A DNA stretch of 63,564 nt, the filler included. It is 7 parts of 7 records of this genome, joined end to end, with 100 filler letters (N's around TTAATTAATTAA, not from the genome) between each part and the next. Parts side by side here need not be neighbours in the genome. Positions count along the whole stretch, not along the records: positions 1 to 20,872 come from SRR7504441_385; 6 more parts are not named here. The stretch is one strand, 5' to 3'. The first letter of the stretch is position 1; each line of letters starts with the position of its first letter. A program made the position numbers and the translations under genes. Under the pieces are notes generated by a model. It did not search any database. It saw nothing but the letters and a program-made list of their open reading frames with translations, and was not told the origin of the DNA. Below are positions 1 to 12,818 of this stretch, piece by piece.

Positions 1-575
1 GATATTGCGCCTTGCGCTCCTCCGGCATCTACAGCTAGCCTGGTCGGTCCGGCAATCTAGGTGGACACCTCGGCCTGCACATCCTTGAGCCACTTCTCCA
101 GGTGCAGGAACGTGTCGTAGTCAGTGATATCGTACACCAGCACGATCGCCTGCGTGTCCTGGCTGGAGTAGTAGCTGCCCCCGGTTCACCCCACTGCCTG
201 CCGCCAGCCGGTCTACACTTTGGCGAGCGCCTGGAACTTTGGATCGCCGGCTGTGCACCAGTTGACATCAGCGGTCGGCAACAGGGCGGCAGGCAGTGCG
301 CACCGGTATCGTAAAACTGGACATTGAGCGTCTTGCCGTCGCGCTGGATGTCAACGCTCCGCAGGTCGAACCCCACAGTGGTGGTCTGGCCCGGCTGGTC
401 TGGCCCGGCGGTGCGGTGTGACCTGGTTGTTCGAGAAGCTCCCGCTGGTGAACTGCTGGATGATCGAGCTCTTGCCCACCCCACTGTCGCCCACCACGAT
501 CACCTGCAGCAGCGGCTCACGCTGAGCATCCGCCGGCTGGACGTTGAAGGTGATCACTGACGGCAGCTCCTCCAT
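1..575 (-). CDS. Divergent Rab-family small GTPase (multi-exon; runs off the left edge of the window)
   Basis: Removing short GT-AG introns gives VIVVGDSGVGKSS (P-loop), TTTVGFD (G2), FYDTAGD (G3) and AIVLVYDITD..TF..LEKWLKDV. Confidence 0.85.
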
Positions 576-687
576 GAGGACTCAGAGAGCGCCGGGAGCC
601 TTGGGGTCTCGAGTCAGCTGCTATCCGAAGGCGTGGCAACAGCGTACTGGCCACTGCAGCTGCCGTTGTCACTGGCGGCGCGCTGGT

Positions 688-2440
688 ATGACGTCTGCGC
701 TGGAGCTGTTCAGCTCACTCTCGATACGCAGCTCGCTGTTCGCCCAGACGCCCCAGATCGTCCTGATCTCGGACCGGCTGCACACGATGCAGCTGCCCAC
801 GGCCGACGGTAAGAACGAAGTCTCGGGGCTGGCGCACTCGCTCAAAGCTGCGTACGGTGAGCATTTCATGGTGTGGAACCTGAGCGAGAAGAGCTACGAC
901 TACGATCTGTTCGACAACCAGGTGCTCGAGTTCAAATTCCCCGGGCATCCCTGCCCTCCGCTGCACATTCTGATACAGCTGATCAAATCAGTCCGGTCGT
1001 GGCTGACCGCCGATGCCACCAATATTGCCATCGTGCACTGCGCCACCGGGCACGTCCGCACGGCCACCGTCGTGGCCTGCTACATGGCGTTCACTGGACT
1101 TTGCCCAGATGTGCACACCGCCCTGGCGCACTACTACAAGGTCCTCGGGATAGCACCGGCCACGGTCACCCTCCCCTCCCAGCTCCGGTGCCACTGCCCG
1201 CACCAGCTGGGGCGCATCTGGGGGCAGATACGTGGACTACTTTGCGCAGGTGATGGCAGGGCTGGACCCCAAAGACAGGCCGGTCCAGCTGCAGTGCATC
1301 GTTGTGAACGACCTGCCCAAAGCCAGTGAGCTGCCTCCTGTGATCCAGATCTTCCAGCAGGGCACGCTCATATTCTCATCAGTCAAGACGGCCCCAGAGC
1401 CGTTAGGAGACGGCAGCTTCTCCTTCCCTGTCAACTACTCGATGACCGGAGACGTGCTCATCCGGTGCAGGCAGCCGGGACAGGTCGACCCAAAGGGCAA
1501 GCGCGCAGTGCACTCGCTCTTCCGAATCAACCTGCACACCGCGTTTGTGGACTCCGAGCTGATGCGGCTGACCAAGTCTGAGCTGGACGGCCCGCACAAG
1601 CAGCCGAGCTGGCCCGATTCGATGTTTGTTGACCTCGTGTTTGCCCTCGACCAATCCAGCACCAGCCCGCCCGGCCCAGCCAGCACAGCCACCTCAGTGT
1701 GGCAAATCGCGCAGCGTCAGCAAGCTGGCATGAAGAATGCTGAGGTGCGAGCGCGGTGGCTGGGTGAGAGCGTGTGGCTCGCAGGACCTGCTGCGCGAGT
1801 ACGAGCCTTATGAGCCGTACAAGTCAGGACGGAACTCGATCGCGAGCGAGGATGGGATCGAAAACGAGATCGCATCGGCCACGCTGGACGGGGAAGGCAA
1901 CGGTCGGTGGCTGGCATAGCCTGAGCCTGTGCTGCAGGGATCTCGAACGAAGAGTTGATGGAGATGGAGGGCGACGTGGCTGGGCAAGACGCTGGCAGCA
2001 GACGTGCCAATGCATCCTGCTGGAAGCGAGTGGAGGAACCCACGGCGCCGGCGACCCAGAGCGCGGCTGGGAGCTCCGAGGCAGAATCTCGGCCCAGCGA
2101 TCCGCCGGTGGAGGCAACGAGCCCTGCTAGTGACTCTCAGCAGGAGGGAGAGCCTGCTCAGGCAGCTGACGGGGTTAAGGGAGCACAGGCCTGCACGGAG
2201 GCTGAGGCGTCGTTATTAGAGGCTGAGATAACAGCGCAGTCGCAGTCGCCTGGGGATTTAGAGGCTGAGATCTCAGCTGCGCTCGTTAGTGGTGATGGTG
2301 GTGAACTAGATATTGATGGCGAGCTGGGCTTGCTAGAGGGCGAACTAGCGGATGTGCTGGCGGATGGCGAGCAGCTCAGTTTAGATGACGACGATGAGTG
2401 GATGAAAGAGCTCGAGGCGGAGCTGGACCAAAGTGCGTGA
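688..2440 (+). CDS. PTEN/tensin-like phosphatase + C2 domain protein with acidic C-terminal tail (3 introns)
   Basis: VWNLSEKSYD, FPGHPCPPL, IVHCATGHVRT (CX5R), PSQLRYVDYF after splicing, and C2-tensin GDVLIRC..LFRINLHTAFV. Confidence 0.85.
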
Positions 2441-2657
2441 TAAAAAATATAATGAATAAAGATACCAACACACGATTTAAGCCCTTAAGAAGAAAGCATG
2501 GAAACTAGCGACCGCATGCATACTCGTATAATACTCGTATACCCTGCTCCTCAGGCTCATCAAGACCAGCTCAAGGCCTGAGTGAGATCAACGTTCTCGT
2601 TGCCGCAGACTCGTGCCGCAGTGTGCCGTGCCAGGTGTCCGCTCGGATTGATGGTCA

Positions 2658-5600
2658 ATGATGGAGCTTGAGGTTAACCCGGTGCGCGAGGGCGAGGACC
2701 GGCGACCCTCGCCACCGCGGCGGCCGGCGGAAGTGGAAGTGGAGCTAGAGGGGCAGGGAACGCACGGCTCGGGCAGTCGGGGCAAAGGATGGAACGCACC
2801 CTCCCCGCATACGACCCCGACCCTTGAGCCCCAGCCGGGCAGGCACGACTCCAAGAGCAGCTGGAACGCGCTCACGCCCGACGGGCCGCGCTCGCCGGTG
2901 GACATGTACACCCCGCCACCGCCGCCGGCCGCCGAGCAGAGCGGGGTCTGGCCGGCAGGGGCGTTGCAGCGGCAGACGAGTGGGGTCTGGCCGAGGGGTC
3001 CGGTTCAGAGTGGTGGCGCGAGCGGGGGAGGGTCTGGGCCACGCCCTGGGGAAGTGCTGTTGGTGGACAAACCTTCCGGGTCGTTTAGTCTGCGGGAGCA
3101 GCTGGCGATGATGATGGAGAAGACGATGGCCGGTCGGGTGGTGAGCCTGGTTAGCACGATTCTATCCATCCTTGCGGTGGTGCTGTATGTTGTCGCGTCC
3201 TACTTTGAAGAGTCTGAAGAAGGCGAGGACGAGGCGCCCGAGTGGCTCCAGATGATCCAGCTCGCGTTTGACGTCTTTTTCCTGCTCGACTATTTGTTCT
3301 TCCTCTTCATCGCCGACGACAGGCTGGCACATGCACTCCGGCCAGCCACCATAGCTGACCTACTCTCCGTACTTCCGATCCTCAGGTTTGTGGTCGACAA
3401 CGCATCATTTGATGCGTTTACCATATTCAGATTCTTTCGGTGTGTAAGGATAATAAGGTTGCACCGAGTAACGGAGTTTGGGGCCATCTCCGAGCTCAGC
3501 CAGATGCACCGGCAGCTGCTGACGCTGGCCTTTACTACGCTGTGCTTCCTTTTCGTCTCAGCTGGGCTGATCCATGCAACTGATGTGCTGATGGGTGGCG
3601 GTCAGTATTACGGGATTCCTGCAGGAGACTTGATTCAGTTTCACGAAGCTTTCTACCTACTGGTGGTCACGATAACTACAGTTGGCTATGGAGATTTGTC
3701 TCCTTCAGAGGACTTCAGCCGGAGCTTGATGGCTTGTATCATTCTGGCTGGCATCGCTATTCTGCCCAGGCAGGTGTCAAGGCTGCATGACACTCTGAGG
3801 GGTTATAGCAAGTATTTCACTACCTTCCGGCCGCACAATGCTACATGGAAGCACTGTGTGCTAGTTGGACCGCCGACACAGGGCGGCATTAGTGCAATGA
3901 CAATCAGGAGTTTAGTCAAGGGTTTCACCTTCCAAGACCACGGCGATATCAAGATGCACGTCGTGGTGCTCTCGCTTTTTGAACCCAATCAAGACACGCT
4001 GCAGCTACTGGAGAATCCCAAGTACAAGACTCACCTGAGCTATGTGAAGGGCCATGTGATGGATTCGGATGGGCTTGACCGGTGCCGGGCTGCAGAAGCT
4101 CAAGCGTTCTTTGTATGTGTGAACAAGTATGATAATGTCAGGCTTCAGCACGAGGAGGACACTGAGGCGATCATGTCCACATTGGCGATCAAGCGCTTCA
4201 AGTCAAAGATGAAAGTGATTGTGGAGCTCAATTCTGAGGATAGTAAAAACCTGCTTTCTGCGTACCATCTGCTAAATGTAGACATCATATGTATTGAGGA
4301 GCTGAGGAATGGGCTGCTGGCGCACTCCTGCGCCTACCCAGGAATTTCAACGATGCTAATGAATTTTGTCCAGACGCATAATACGACAGTCGACAGCCAG
4401 GATCCGTTATGGCTGCAACAATATCTATGGGGAGCCTCACAGCAACTGTACGAAGTCGACATCTCGTGCTGCAAGGGTCTCGGGTTCTGCATGGCTGTGC
4501 ATCTACTCATGACCCATTTCAAGCTGATGCTGATCACTGTGCAAGAGAAGAGCACGTCGCAGGTGTGGCGAAACCCCGGCAACCTGTATATCATTGCTGA
4601 GGGTGATACTGGATTTGTACTGTCGCATACTCGGTTGGACCTGAAGGCGCTCTCCAGGGCGGTACTGCAGGCAGCGCGTGGATTTGAAGAGGAGTGTGAG
4701 CAGCTGAGATCACAAGTGGCTCGCATGCGGTCGCGGTCGATGGCGAGGGTTCTAACGGATTCGATCCTGGAAGAGTTTAGTCCCAAGAATAAACCCAAAA
4801 CGCCCCAGAGCAAGCCGATCGGTGACACCAATCTGCCAGTGCAGAGACAGCGAGTTGAGCTGAGTGGTCACATTGTGGTTCTTGGTTCGATTGTGGGCTC
4901 GCAATCGTTTATCGAACCGCTGAGGGTTAAGCAATCACGGTCTGAGGACATCACTAAGCTTCGGCCAATTGTGATTGTCAGCCCTGAAAGCAATGAAGAA
5001 GAGATCCGTCTCGCTCTGGCTCCATTCTCAAGCGTTTTCCACATCACAGGCTCGTCTCTTGATCTCCAAGCCCTGGAGAACGCGTCGGTCAAGACAGCTG
5101 AGCGGGTGGTCATTCTGCGAGACTCGTCGCTGTCACAGCGGTGGGGCTTGAATCAGCACACTGAGGTCTTGCGTGAACACCAGATGCAGTACATTGATGC
5201 CGAGAATGTACTCTGCTATCGACAGATCCTGGACACGTGTGCCCACAGGCAGGACCTTCCTATAATCGAGCTCATCCATATGCCCAACATGCGCTTCCTC
5301 TCGATGAGCGCACTGAAGTGCCCACACAATTTTGCCTACTATCGCTGGCCGCTATATGCTGCCGGGCAAGTAGTGAGTACCACTACGTTTGACACATTAT
5401 TCACGCATGTGTTTCTGTACCCTGGCATGTTAGAAATGTTCTCAACACTGGCACACAAGAGCCGCATACCTCAGTCGAGACAATTTCAGGTTCATGATTC
5501 CGGATTTCTGTGCACCCTAGTTCCAAGCTCGTTCTATGAGGTGCAGTTTGGTGCTTTCTTCGACTACTGTCTAGATGAGCATGAAGCCATTTGCCTCGGA

Positions 5601-5984
5601 CTATATAGGTACAATCTAGATGAGCCATGCAATCCGTACGTGTTCACAAACCCGAGCAGCGATGAGAATCTGCTGGACGGCGACGCCGCCTTCTTCTTGG
5701 CGCCTCCAGGATTTAGTCTAGGGGCAGAGGAGGGAATGTCGGCCGATATCAACAGCTGCCTCCGTACGAATAAGACGATAAGAAGGAGTACTAGCGCCCC
5801 AAGCTTGACACAGGGACACGCTAGGACGACTTCTGGAAATTGGTCGAGGAGGAGGAGAGGGTCGCATTCGCAAGGACACGGCGCAGAAGTAACACCTCGA
5901 AAGGTCGACGTCGCGTACGCATCTGGACCTTCAATAACGCCGCCCACGGAGCCCATACCAGACTTTAAGCTCGATCTGGATTGA
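2658..5984 (+). CDS. Slo/BK-type K+ channel with tandem RCK domains, single exon
   Basis: 1108-aa ORF with six TM segments, S4 RFFRCVRIIRLHR, pore TITTVGYGD, and RCK motifs (HCVLVG, GHIVVLG, PLYAAGQV). Confidence 0.92.
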   Translation: MMELEVNPVREGEDRRPSPPRRPAEVEVELEGQGTHGSGSRGKGWNAPSPHTTPTLEPQPGRHDSKSSWNALTPDGPRSPVDMYTPPPPPAAEQSGVWPAGALQRQTSGVWPRGPVQSGGASGGGSGPRPGEVLLVDKPSGSFSLREQLAMMMEKTMAGRVVSLVSTILSILAVVLYVVASYFEESEEGEDEAPEWLQMIQLAFDVFFLLDYLFFLFIADDRLAHALRPATIADLLSVLPILRFVVDNASFDAFTIFRFFRCVRIIRLHRVTEFGAISELSQMHRQLLTLAFTTLCFLFVSAGLIHATDVLMGGGQYYGIPAGDLIQFHEAFYLLVVTITTVGYGDLSPSEDFSRSLMACIILAGIAILPRQVSRLHDTLRGYSKYFTTFRPHNATWKHCVLVGPPTQGGISAMTIRSLVKGFTFQDHGDIKMHVVVLSLFEPNQDTLQLLENPKYKTHLSYVKGHVMDSDGLDRCRAAEAQAFFVCVNKYDNVRLQHEEDTEAIMSTLAIKRFKSKMKVIVELNSEDSKNLLSAYHLLNVDIICIEELRNGLLAHSCAYPGISTMLMNFVQTHNTTVDSQDPLWLQQYLWGASQQLYEVDISCCKGLGFCMAVHLLMTHFKLMLITVQEKSTSQVWRNPGNLYIIAEGDTGFVLSHTRLDLKALSRAVLQAARGFEEECEQLRSQVARMRSRSMARVLTDSILEEFSPKNKPKTPQSKPIGDTNLPVQRQRVELSGHIVVLGSIVGSQSFIEPLRVKQSRSEDITKLRPIVIVSPESNEEEIRLALAPFSSVFHITGSSLDLQALENASVKTAERVVILRDSSLSQRWGLNQHTEVLREHQMQYIDAENVLCYRQILDTCAHRQDLPIIELIHMPNMRFLSMSALKCPHNFAYYRWPLYAAGQVVSTTTFDTLFTHVFLYPGMLEMFSTLAHKSRIPQSRQFQVHDSGFLCTLVPSSFYEVQFGAFFDYCLDEHEAICLGLYRYNLDEPCNPYVFTNPSSDENLLDGDAAFFLAPPGFSLGAEEGMSADINSCLRTNKTIRRSTSAPSLTQGHARTTSGNWSRRRRGSHSQGHGAEVTPRKVDVAYASGPSITPPTEPIPDFKLDLD

Positions 5985-6237
5985 CTACGACTAATCATTT
6001 TATTATTAAAAGTTGTTACTTGTACATAACTTGTACAATCACGAGAATGACTGTGCATCTCTCTTAAAGTTACGTTAATTAAAGTGGCATTCATGGCAAT
6101 AATGATTTGTATGTACACGTTGCAAATCGTGGATGAGTTGATATTGGGACCCTGGGGTAAGGCGTATGACTCATCATCCAACAGCTTGCACTTGTCTCAT
6201 GAACGTGCGAGTGCTGTCCTGTTGGTGTGTACTTTTT

Positions 6238-9200
6238 TTAACTGATTTTGAAATATAGCCAGTTGAGCTTCATATTCATGATGGCATCGGTAAGCTCGAC
6301 CATCCTCTGCTTAGCGGCCTGCTGTAGCAGTCGCTGCAATACGTCCTCACCAATCTGTTTCTCTGCAACCGCTGTCCTGTGCCACTCGTCGATTCCACGA
6401 GCCATCTCTAGGTTCATCATTCTTGCTACACACCTGCCAAATACGCTCTGCTGCTTTCTGAGGCTTCTGCGAACGAATATCCAGTGGTTTAGACCTTTCA
6501 GCTTACCCAACTTACGCAGCTTATTTGCCCATCGCTTGGCTTCTGCTCTCTCCCCCTTTCGTAGTTGGGCATTGCTACCCCAACCCGCGAACCCCTGTCT
6601 CCTCTGCACATCTCCCATGACCGTTGCCACCCTCATTGCTGTTGCCTTGTCTCGCTTCAACTGTTGCGCGGTTTCAGACCAGTGTCGCATAGCGATACCT
6701 TTTGAAGCATTCCGGATCCTGAGAGCTACCTTGCGCATTACTGCTTTATTCTCAAGAACAGGCCCTGTTGACCGTTGCCACAGCAAAAAAGCCTGAAAGA
6801 TTGCCCTATTACGCATTCGACGCACAATCTGCTCACAAACTGCTTTGTGGTGCGTCATTTCGACAGAAAGTGCGCGCCATGAGTTCCATGCAGAGGCTTT
6901 GTTCCTGTTCCGAAGTCTTGAGAGCCCGCCCTTTGCTGTTGAGGAGATCTGCTTAAAAGAATCGGTGCATTGCATAAACCATGTCCATCCAGAGTTTAAG
7001 ATGCTGTTTGAGATCTTCAGCGCAACGCCCTTCATCTGCGTGCTCTGAGAAAGCATCTTTATGTGCATTGTCCGCCAGTGACGCAGGCTTCGAGCTTGCT
7101 GCCAATGCACCATTTGTATCAGGCCATGGATCATCTTTCCCTGAGCCATGCATAGCCATTGTGCTGTGTGGATCCATGTGTTGAACGCAACATTCAGTGA
7201 CGCAAGCCCCATGCGGTGGACAGCGTCTGCCATCCTGGCATGAGCATCTCGGGCTTCGGCACAGGTCTCACGCCATGCTGTGGTGGCTTGAGCAAGAGCG
7301 AGATACAGAATTCTCATACTGCAGTGTTTGATTTTGATTAGCGTTGCTCCATTTTCTGCTGACATGAGCAACCAGGTTTCCCAGCTCTGCATCAATGAAC
7401 GCCGAGTGAGCATCATCAATCCCTCGCGTAATCGGTTCTTATCGTGCAGAATTTGAGCCACAGCCTCTTGCCACCTGGCAAGCCCACGCATTGTATCTCC
7501 CATTTGCATCCGGGAAAGTGCTGTGCTGACGCTCTGTTTTCTGCGGGCGAATACAGCTGCTTCCTCGCGCCAGACATCTAAAGCTGTTGCGATCGAAAGC
7601 CGAAGCCAACGTTTGGCCACATGAAGCGCGTGCTGCGACCCTGTTGCAATCTCGCCGTACCATTCCTTCAATGTATTCCATGCACGGCGCTGGCCCATTT
7701 TGTCACCAAGGCCAGCAGCTTGAGCCAACATGGCTTTGGATCGACGGATGAGGCGACCATCAGCTTGCCACTGGATAAAGACACGGCTTGCTAGACCGCC
7801 GGTCATCCTATAGATGCCTTTTTTCATTGCAGTCGCCATTTGGTTCAGTTCTGCTGCTGCTTCTCGCCATGAGTTGATGCATCGTAGTTTCATCCGCGAT
7901 GCTTCGTCTAAGAAGCGTACAGCCAGTGCCCCGCGACGCTTCCTTGCCGAAACAGCTGAGTGTTTCCAGCCAAGGTAGACTTTAGACAACTTATTTCCTG
8001 ACAAAATCGAAGCAGCATACTTGGCTTTGTCATTGCACGTCTTCTCAGATGATGACTGTTGAAACCAGGTGTTCATGGCTTGAAGAATGCCTTGGCACCT
8101 AAAATAATGAATTGCACGACCAGCTTCGATCTTGACGCGCTTCAAGGTCGCTGCATTCACTCGCCAACACTCCATCATCATAGCAAACTTATTTTGAGTA
8201 AATCGATTAAACAATCCCCGGCTCATACGCCCACTCCTGCCTGTCCTTGATGTCTGCGCGTGCCAGAATGTCATCCCATGGACGAGATCCCTCTTGCGCA
8301 TCGCCAGAACAGCTGTACGCATTGTTTGGGTGACGTGTCTGAACTCTGATGTGTTCGCAACCAAAGTCAGCCAAGCAGTTACAAGACCTCTTTTCGTCAT
8401 CCGAGCAGCACCGCGTTTCATCGCTGCCGCCTGCCGATGCTGCTCGCTGGAGCTGTGCCACCATGTGTTGAGGGCAGTGCCCAGATCCTTATTTTTCAAT
8501 CTACTAGCTACCATTAGCATAGCTCGACTCTGGAGGCCATCACTTTGGGTACATTGCTCCCAGAGGAGCATTGCAGCCGAAAGCTTTGAGTTGAGCAACC
8601 TGGTCAGTACAAATTGCATATTCCTCTCCTGTTCTTTGAGTTCAAGTGCATTTGTAAGCCAACCTGTCATCGCCTTGCTAAGATCTTGGTTCATAGTCCT
8701 CACAATGGTCTTACGTAAGCGCTCTTGCATTAGCCGCAACTCTCCTGCAATTTCATACCAGAGCCCAAACGCTGCCGAGACCTCCCTATTGTACATCTGC
8801 TTCACAGCACGTACAGCAGCATTCTCGGCATTGACCCCATCGCAACTCTCTGCATGCCACTGCAAGAGAGCTTCCGAGACAGATTGATGAGCCATCTTCT
8901 GCAGCGCCTTGTTCACAACTTGCTTCTGGCGGGCTAGTCTGACAGACATGCTGTGCCATAATCGGAATGCAGCTGCCTTGAGTTGCAGTTTCTGGTCCCT
9001 AAGAATCGCTAAGCATCTACGACTAGAGGCCATCTGGGACACAGAGCTTGTGCGCCACAGCGTCCAAGCTGCCATGAATTTGCCTTTGGCCATGACAGTG
9101 AGAGATTTGCTTACCAGCGATTGCTCGTGGATCTGTAGTGCGACCATCTCCCTCCACACAAGGAGAGCCATAGACAGTGAGCGGAACATCAATCTCATCA

Positions 9201-12200
9201 CAGCATTCTTCAAATGAGCCATGCGATCTGTTTGACCCCGCATGTCTTCAGCCCAAGAGTTAAGAGCAGAAACAAGCTTGCATTGTTGCAATCTCATGAC
9301 AGCATGAGATGCACGTGAGAGCTGTTCTTTCATCTGAACAGCATTCGCCAGCCATGTGTTCAGAGCGCACAGAAGCTCGTGATTGAGCTGTCGCAGTATC
9401 ACACTCCGGAGCGTCTCCTGCTCATGGATTGTTGAGGTAGCATGAGCTGTCCATGTAGACCACGCTTGTGCTAATGAGCCATTGAGCATGCGTCGGCATG
9501 CTCGGCGTGCTGCAGTCTCAGCTCGCACTGCAATAGCCACATTGCAACGATATGTAGCAAATGCAGCGGCCAAAGAAGAGTTCATGAATTGCTTTGCTAC
9601 CTTCACCAGCCGATTATCCTCCCGAGTGCAGCCGCGAGTGTCATCATGCCAAGTCCTCCATGCTGCTGACAATTTAACATTTGCAAAGTGGCGCAATGTG
9701 ACTGCAAGCTTACGGAGTGATTGCTGCTCGTCTAAGGCTTGCCCACGCCATGTGTACATTGCTTGCGCTAGACATGTATTCTGAAGACGAATCACTGCAC
9801 GGCGGCCGGCGTCCAATGCATCACGTTGCTCGCTTGTGCTGACTTTCCAGCTTTGATATGCAACATGCATCTTTCGCTTCAGCATACATAAGACTGCATG
9901 GCGAAGGCGTGAAATGTCGTTCCCTGACTGGCTACTGGCTTGATACCAAGTCTGCATGGCTCCTGATAGTGCCCGGTTGTTCATTCGAGCGAGTACTGCT
10001 CCTATCTTTCTTAATGCTTCAGCTCCTTCCCACACAGTTGTTCGCCAGTGAGTGAAGGCAGCTGCAAGCTGAACAGCTTGCATGCGCCGCAAGACATGGC
10101 TGAGCTTCGCTACCTGAGCCTTATTTGTCTTGGCAAATTCACGCCAGGTTGCACAGGCTTTGAACATTGCGTGCTTCATCATTGACAAGATTCCTCGGCG
10201 AAGTTGATCTAACTCGGCGCTGCCCTGACAGGTGGCCTCCTTCCAGGTCATGTAGCCACTGTTCAACTGTGCGCGCATCATCTTCATGAGAGCCTTGCCC
10301 ATCACAACCTGCTGTCTGACCATTACGGCTGCTGTTTCTCTCCAGGCCGCCAGGCCCATCGACTGCTGCTGTCTCATCAACTTCATGACAGCCCGCCGCA
10401 GTTTGGCCATTTCCCCTGCAGCATCGGCAACCTGCAATTCCACACTCAGAAGCCTACATAGCATGAGGCTTACCAGATCATGCCATGCTGCCATTGCTCG
10501 TGAGAGGTCGGCCCTCGTCAGTCGGACCAGTGCAAAAAGAATGGCTTCCCGCTCATTTAGCCGCTCACGGACCGTGTGACGCCATGCTGCCAGTCCAGAC
10601 GCTAGTCGCTTATTGAATAAGCTGAGCAGAGACTTTCGCATTACTGCTTGTGCTTCACGTCCCTCGAGTGCAGTCTCTCGCCATGCATTCAGCACTTGCA
10701 GCCCAGCTCTATTCATCAACAGTATTAATCCCCTGCCGACCTTGACCTCCTGCGTCATGTCGTCGGCTATTGCCTCGCGCCACCGATTCACTGCACGAGC
10801 AACTGTTCTGCGCAGCAATTTTAGTAGTGCCCCCTTTAAAACCAAATTTGATATGGTCATGAGTCGCCACACCGACAGAGCAGCCGCGGACTTTACATTA
10901 AGCATTCGTAAAATGGCGCATTTCATGGCCTTCTTGGCTGCCTTGATCTCTTGTGCAGACTCATGCCAACTTGTCAGCATCTGAAAGAGCTGCCGTTGCA
11001 TCATCCTTCGCACAGCCTGCTTCATTTTCCAGAAAGCTGCATCGGCTTCGCCTGCCAACTCCCTCCAAGTTGCCCAAGCTTGCCAGGAGATGCTGTGCAT
11101 CATTGTCCTGACTGCCTTTGATGTAGCAGCCAGAGCTCTCCGCCCCGAGCAGCTCTCAGAATACCATGCTGTAAAGCTCTTGGCGAGCTGGCACCGCATG
11201 AACTTCATCCCTGCCTTATGCATCGAACCAAGCTCGTTTGTAGCTAGTTGCGTGTCCTCATACCATATGGAGAGAGCTACTGCGAGTTTCTGGTTTAGCC
11301 ATCGTCTGGCAGCAACAACAGTCTTGGCCTGTGCGTTGACGATGTCCGATGAGGTCTGATGCCACAGGGCCAGTGCGTTGCTCATGCTCTGCTTCATGAG
11401 CTTGATCACGGCCTTCTTCATTGTTTTGCTAGCTCGCCCCTCATTGCAGGTGACTGAATGAAGCAGGTGCCAGCCCATGGACAGGTCGCGGTTATACAGA
11501 TATTGTGCTGCAGCCTTTGCGCGCTTGAACATGGCGGCCTGAAAGTGCCATTTGACAAGCGATTGCCGTTTCTTCTTTCCTACGACATTCGAAATGCTGC
11601 GCTTCATTGTTAACCGAGCTCTCAATGCCCGGCGCTGCCGCATCTCCTTGGCGCCTACATTGCCAGAAGCATTCAGGTGTGAGTCCTCGAGTTTGGTTGG
11701 GCTGTCCAAGCCTTGAGTGTTGTAATCAAACCTAGAGCACAAGTCAGCCGCAGGCCGTGCAGCGACTGAGCACTTTGCATACAACGACTGGTCGTCCTCA
11801 TCCGCAGCTTCTGCCTTATAGGTCGAAACATCCAGCTCCTCCCACACCCATTGTTGCTGACAGCAGGCTCAGGCACGCGGCGGCAGTGGCTTCACCTTGA
11901 AAAATACGACAGAACGCCACATCCCGAAGCCAATCACCAGCTTCCACATCACCTGCACCGCAGTTGGACCCGCCAGCCTGGGGCTGTATGGACAGACAGC
12001 ATGCAGCCAGTATCGAGCAGCCAGCCCTGGAGTCTGGAGCGGGGGTGCGCACCAGGGTGCTGCTTATCAGGTCCAGCTTTCTGCGAACACGAGCTACGTT
12101 GGAGGTTGCTTTAGCCTTTTTGCGCCACCTGCCCGGCCGCTCGAGCTGCCGATCCGGGGCCGGCAGCACTTGATCAGCATTGTAGCGGCCGACATCATCC

Positions 12201-12579
12201 GCGCAGCCAGGTTCTTCTGGGTGTTTTCGACCCAGCGGTGGAAGCCGCCCACGAGCATGGTGTGGCTGCAGGCGGGCAGCTGTCAGCGCCAGACCAGGCC
12301 GACAGCGCTCACTTAAACATCCGCATTCTGGCCACCACGCGCTCGGTGGCGATCAGCTTGCGCACAAAGTCGTCCGGCACCACGCTCGGCTTCCTGCCCC
12401 GCAGCGTGACCGGCCGCCGGCCAGGCCATCGACTTATCGCTGGCGCTGCCGTCCAGGTCCGCTGGCGCTGCGGCCCTGCACAGCGGCACAGCTCAGGACA
12501 GCGCACAGGAGTTCGACAGGGCGGCAGGCAGCGGCGGGCACCGGTTGAGCTGGTGCTCGTCCACTGGATCGTGGACCAT
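6238..12579 (-). CDS. Large Sfi1-like (centrin-binding) Trp-repeat protein; short 5' exons then a 5.6-kb terminal exon; start approximate
   Basis: 1869-aa ORF with dozens of A[FW]xxW[RH] repeats about 33 aa apart. Upstream exons join through short GT-AG introns and carry the same motif (GGFHRWVEN). Confidence 0.75.
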
Positions 12580-12818
12580 CGCTGGGACGGGCCTGGTGCG
12601 CTCAAGCGCTGGTGCGCTCAGCACTGCTGTGCAGTAGGGCCTGCCACTGCCATGCGGCGGTCTCAATCTCCCCTAAGACGACTGCTGCTGGCATTGACGT
12701 TGTCGCTGTGTGCAGCCAGCAATAGCAATCCGGCATCCAAATCAGATGACCGGCAGATTTGTATTAGGTAAAACCGGTAATACGTTGTAGATCTTGCCGC
12801 CGCGCGGTTCGTGCCACA

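Noticed and set aside
6178-6224. 3' UTR hairpin as a SECIS element
   Set aside because: Neither flanking gene has an in-frame UGA, and the SECIS quartet geometry is not evident.
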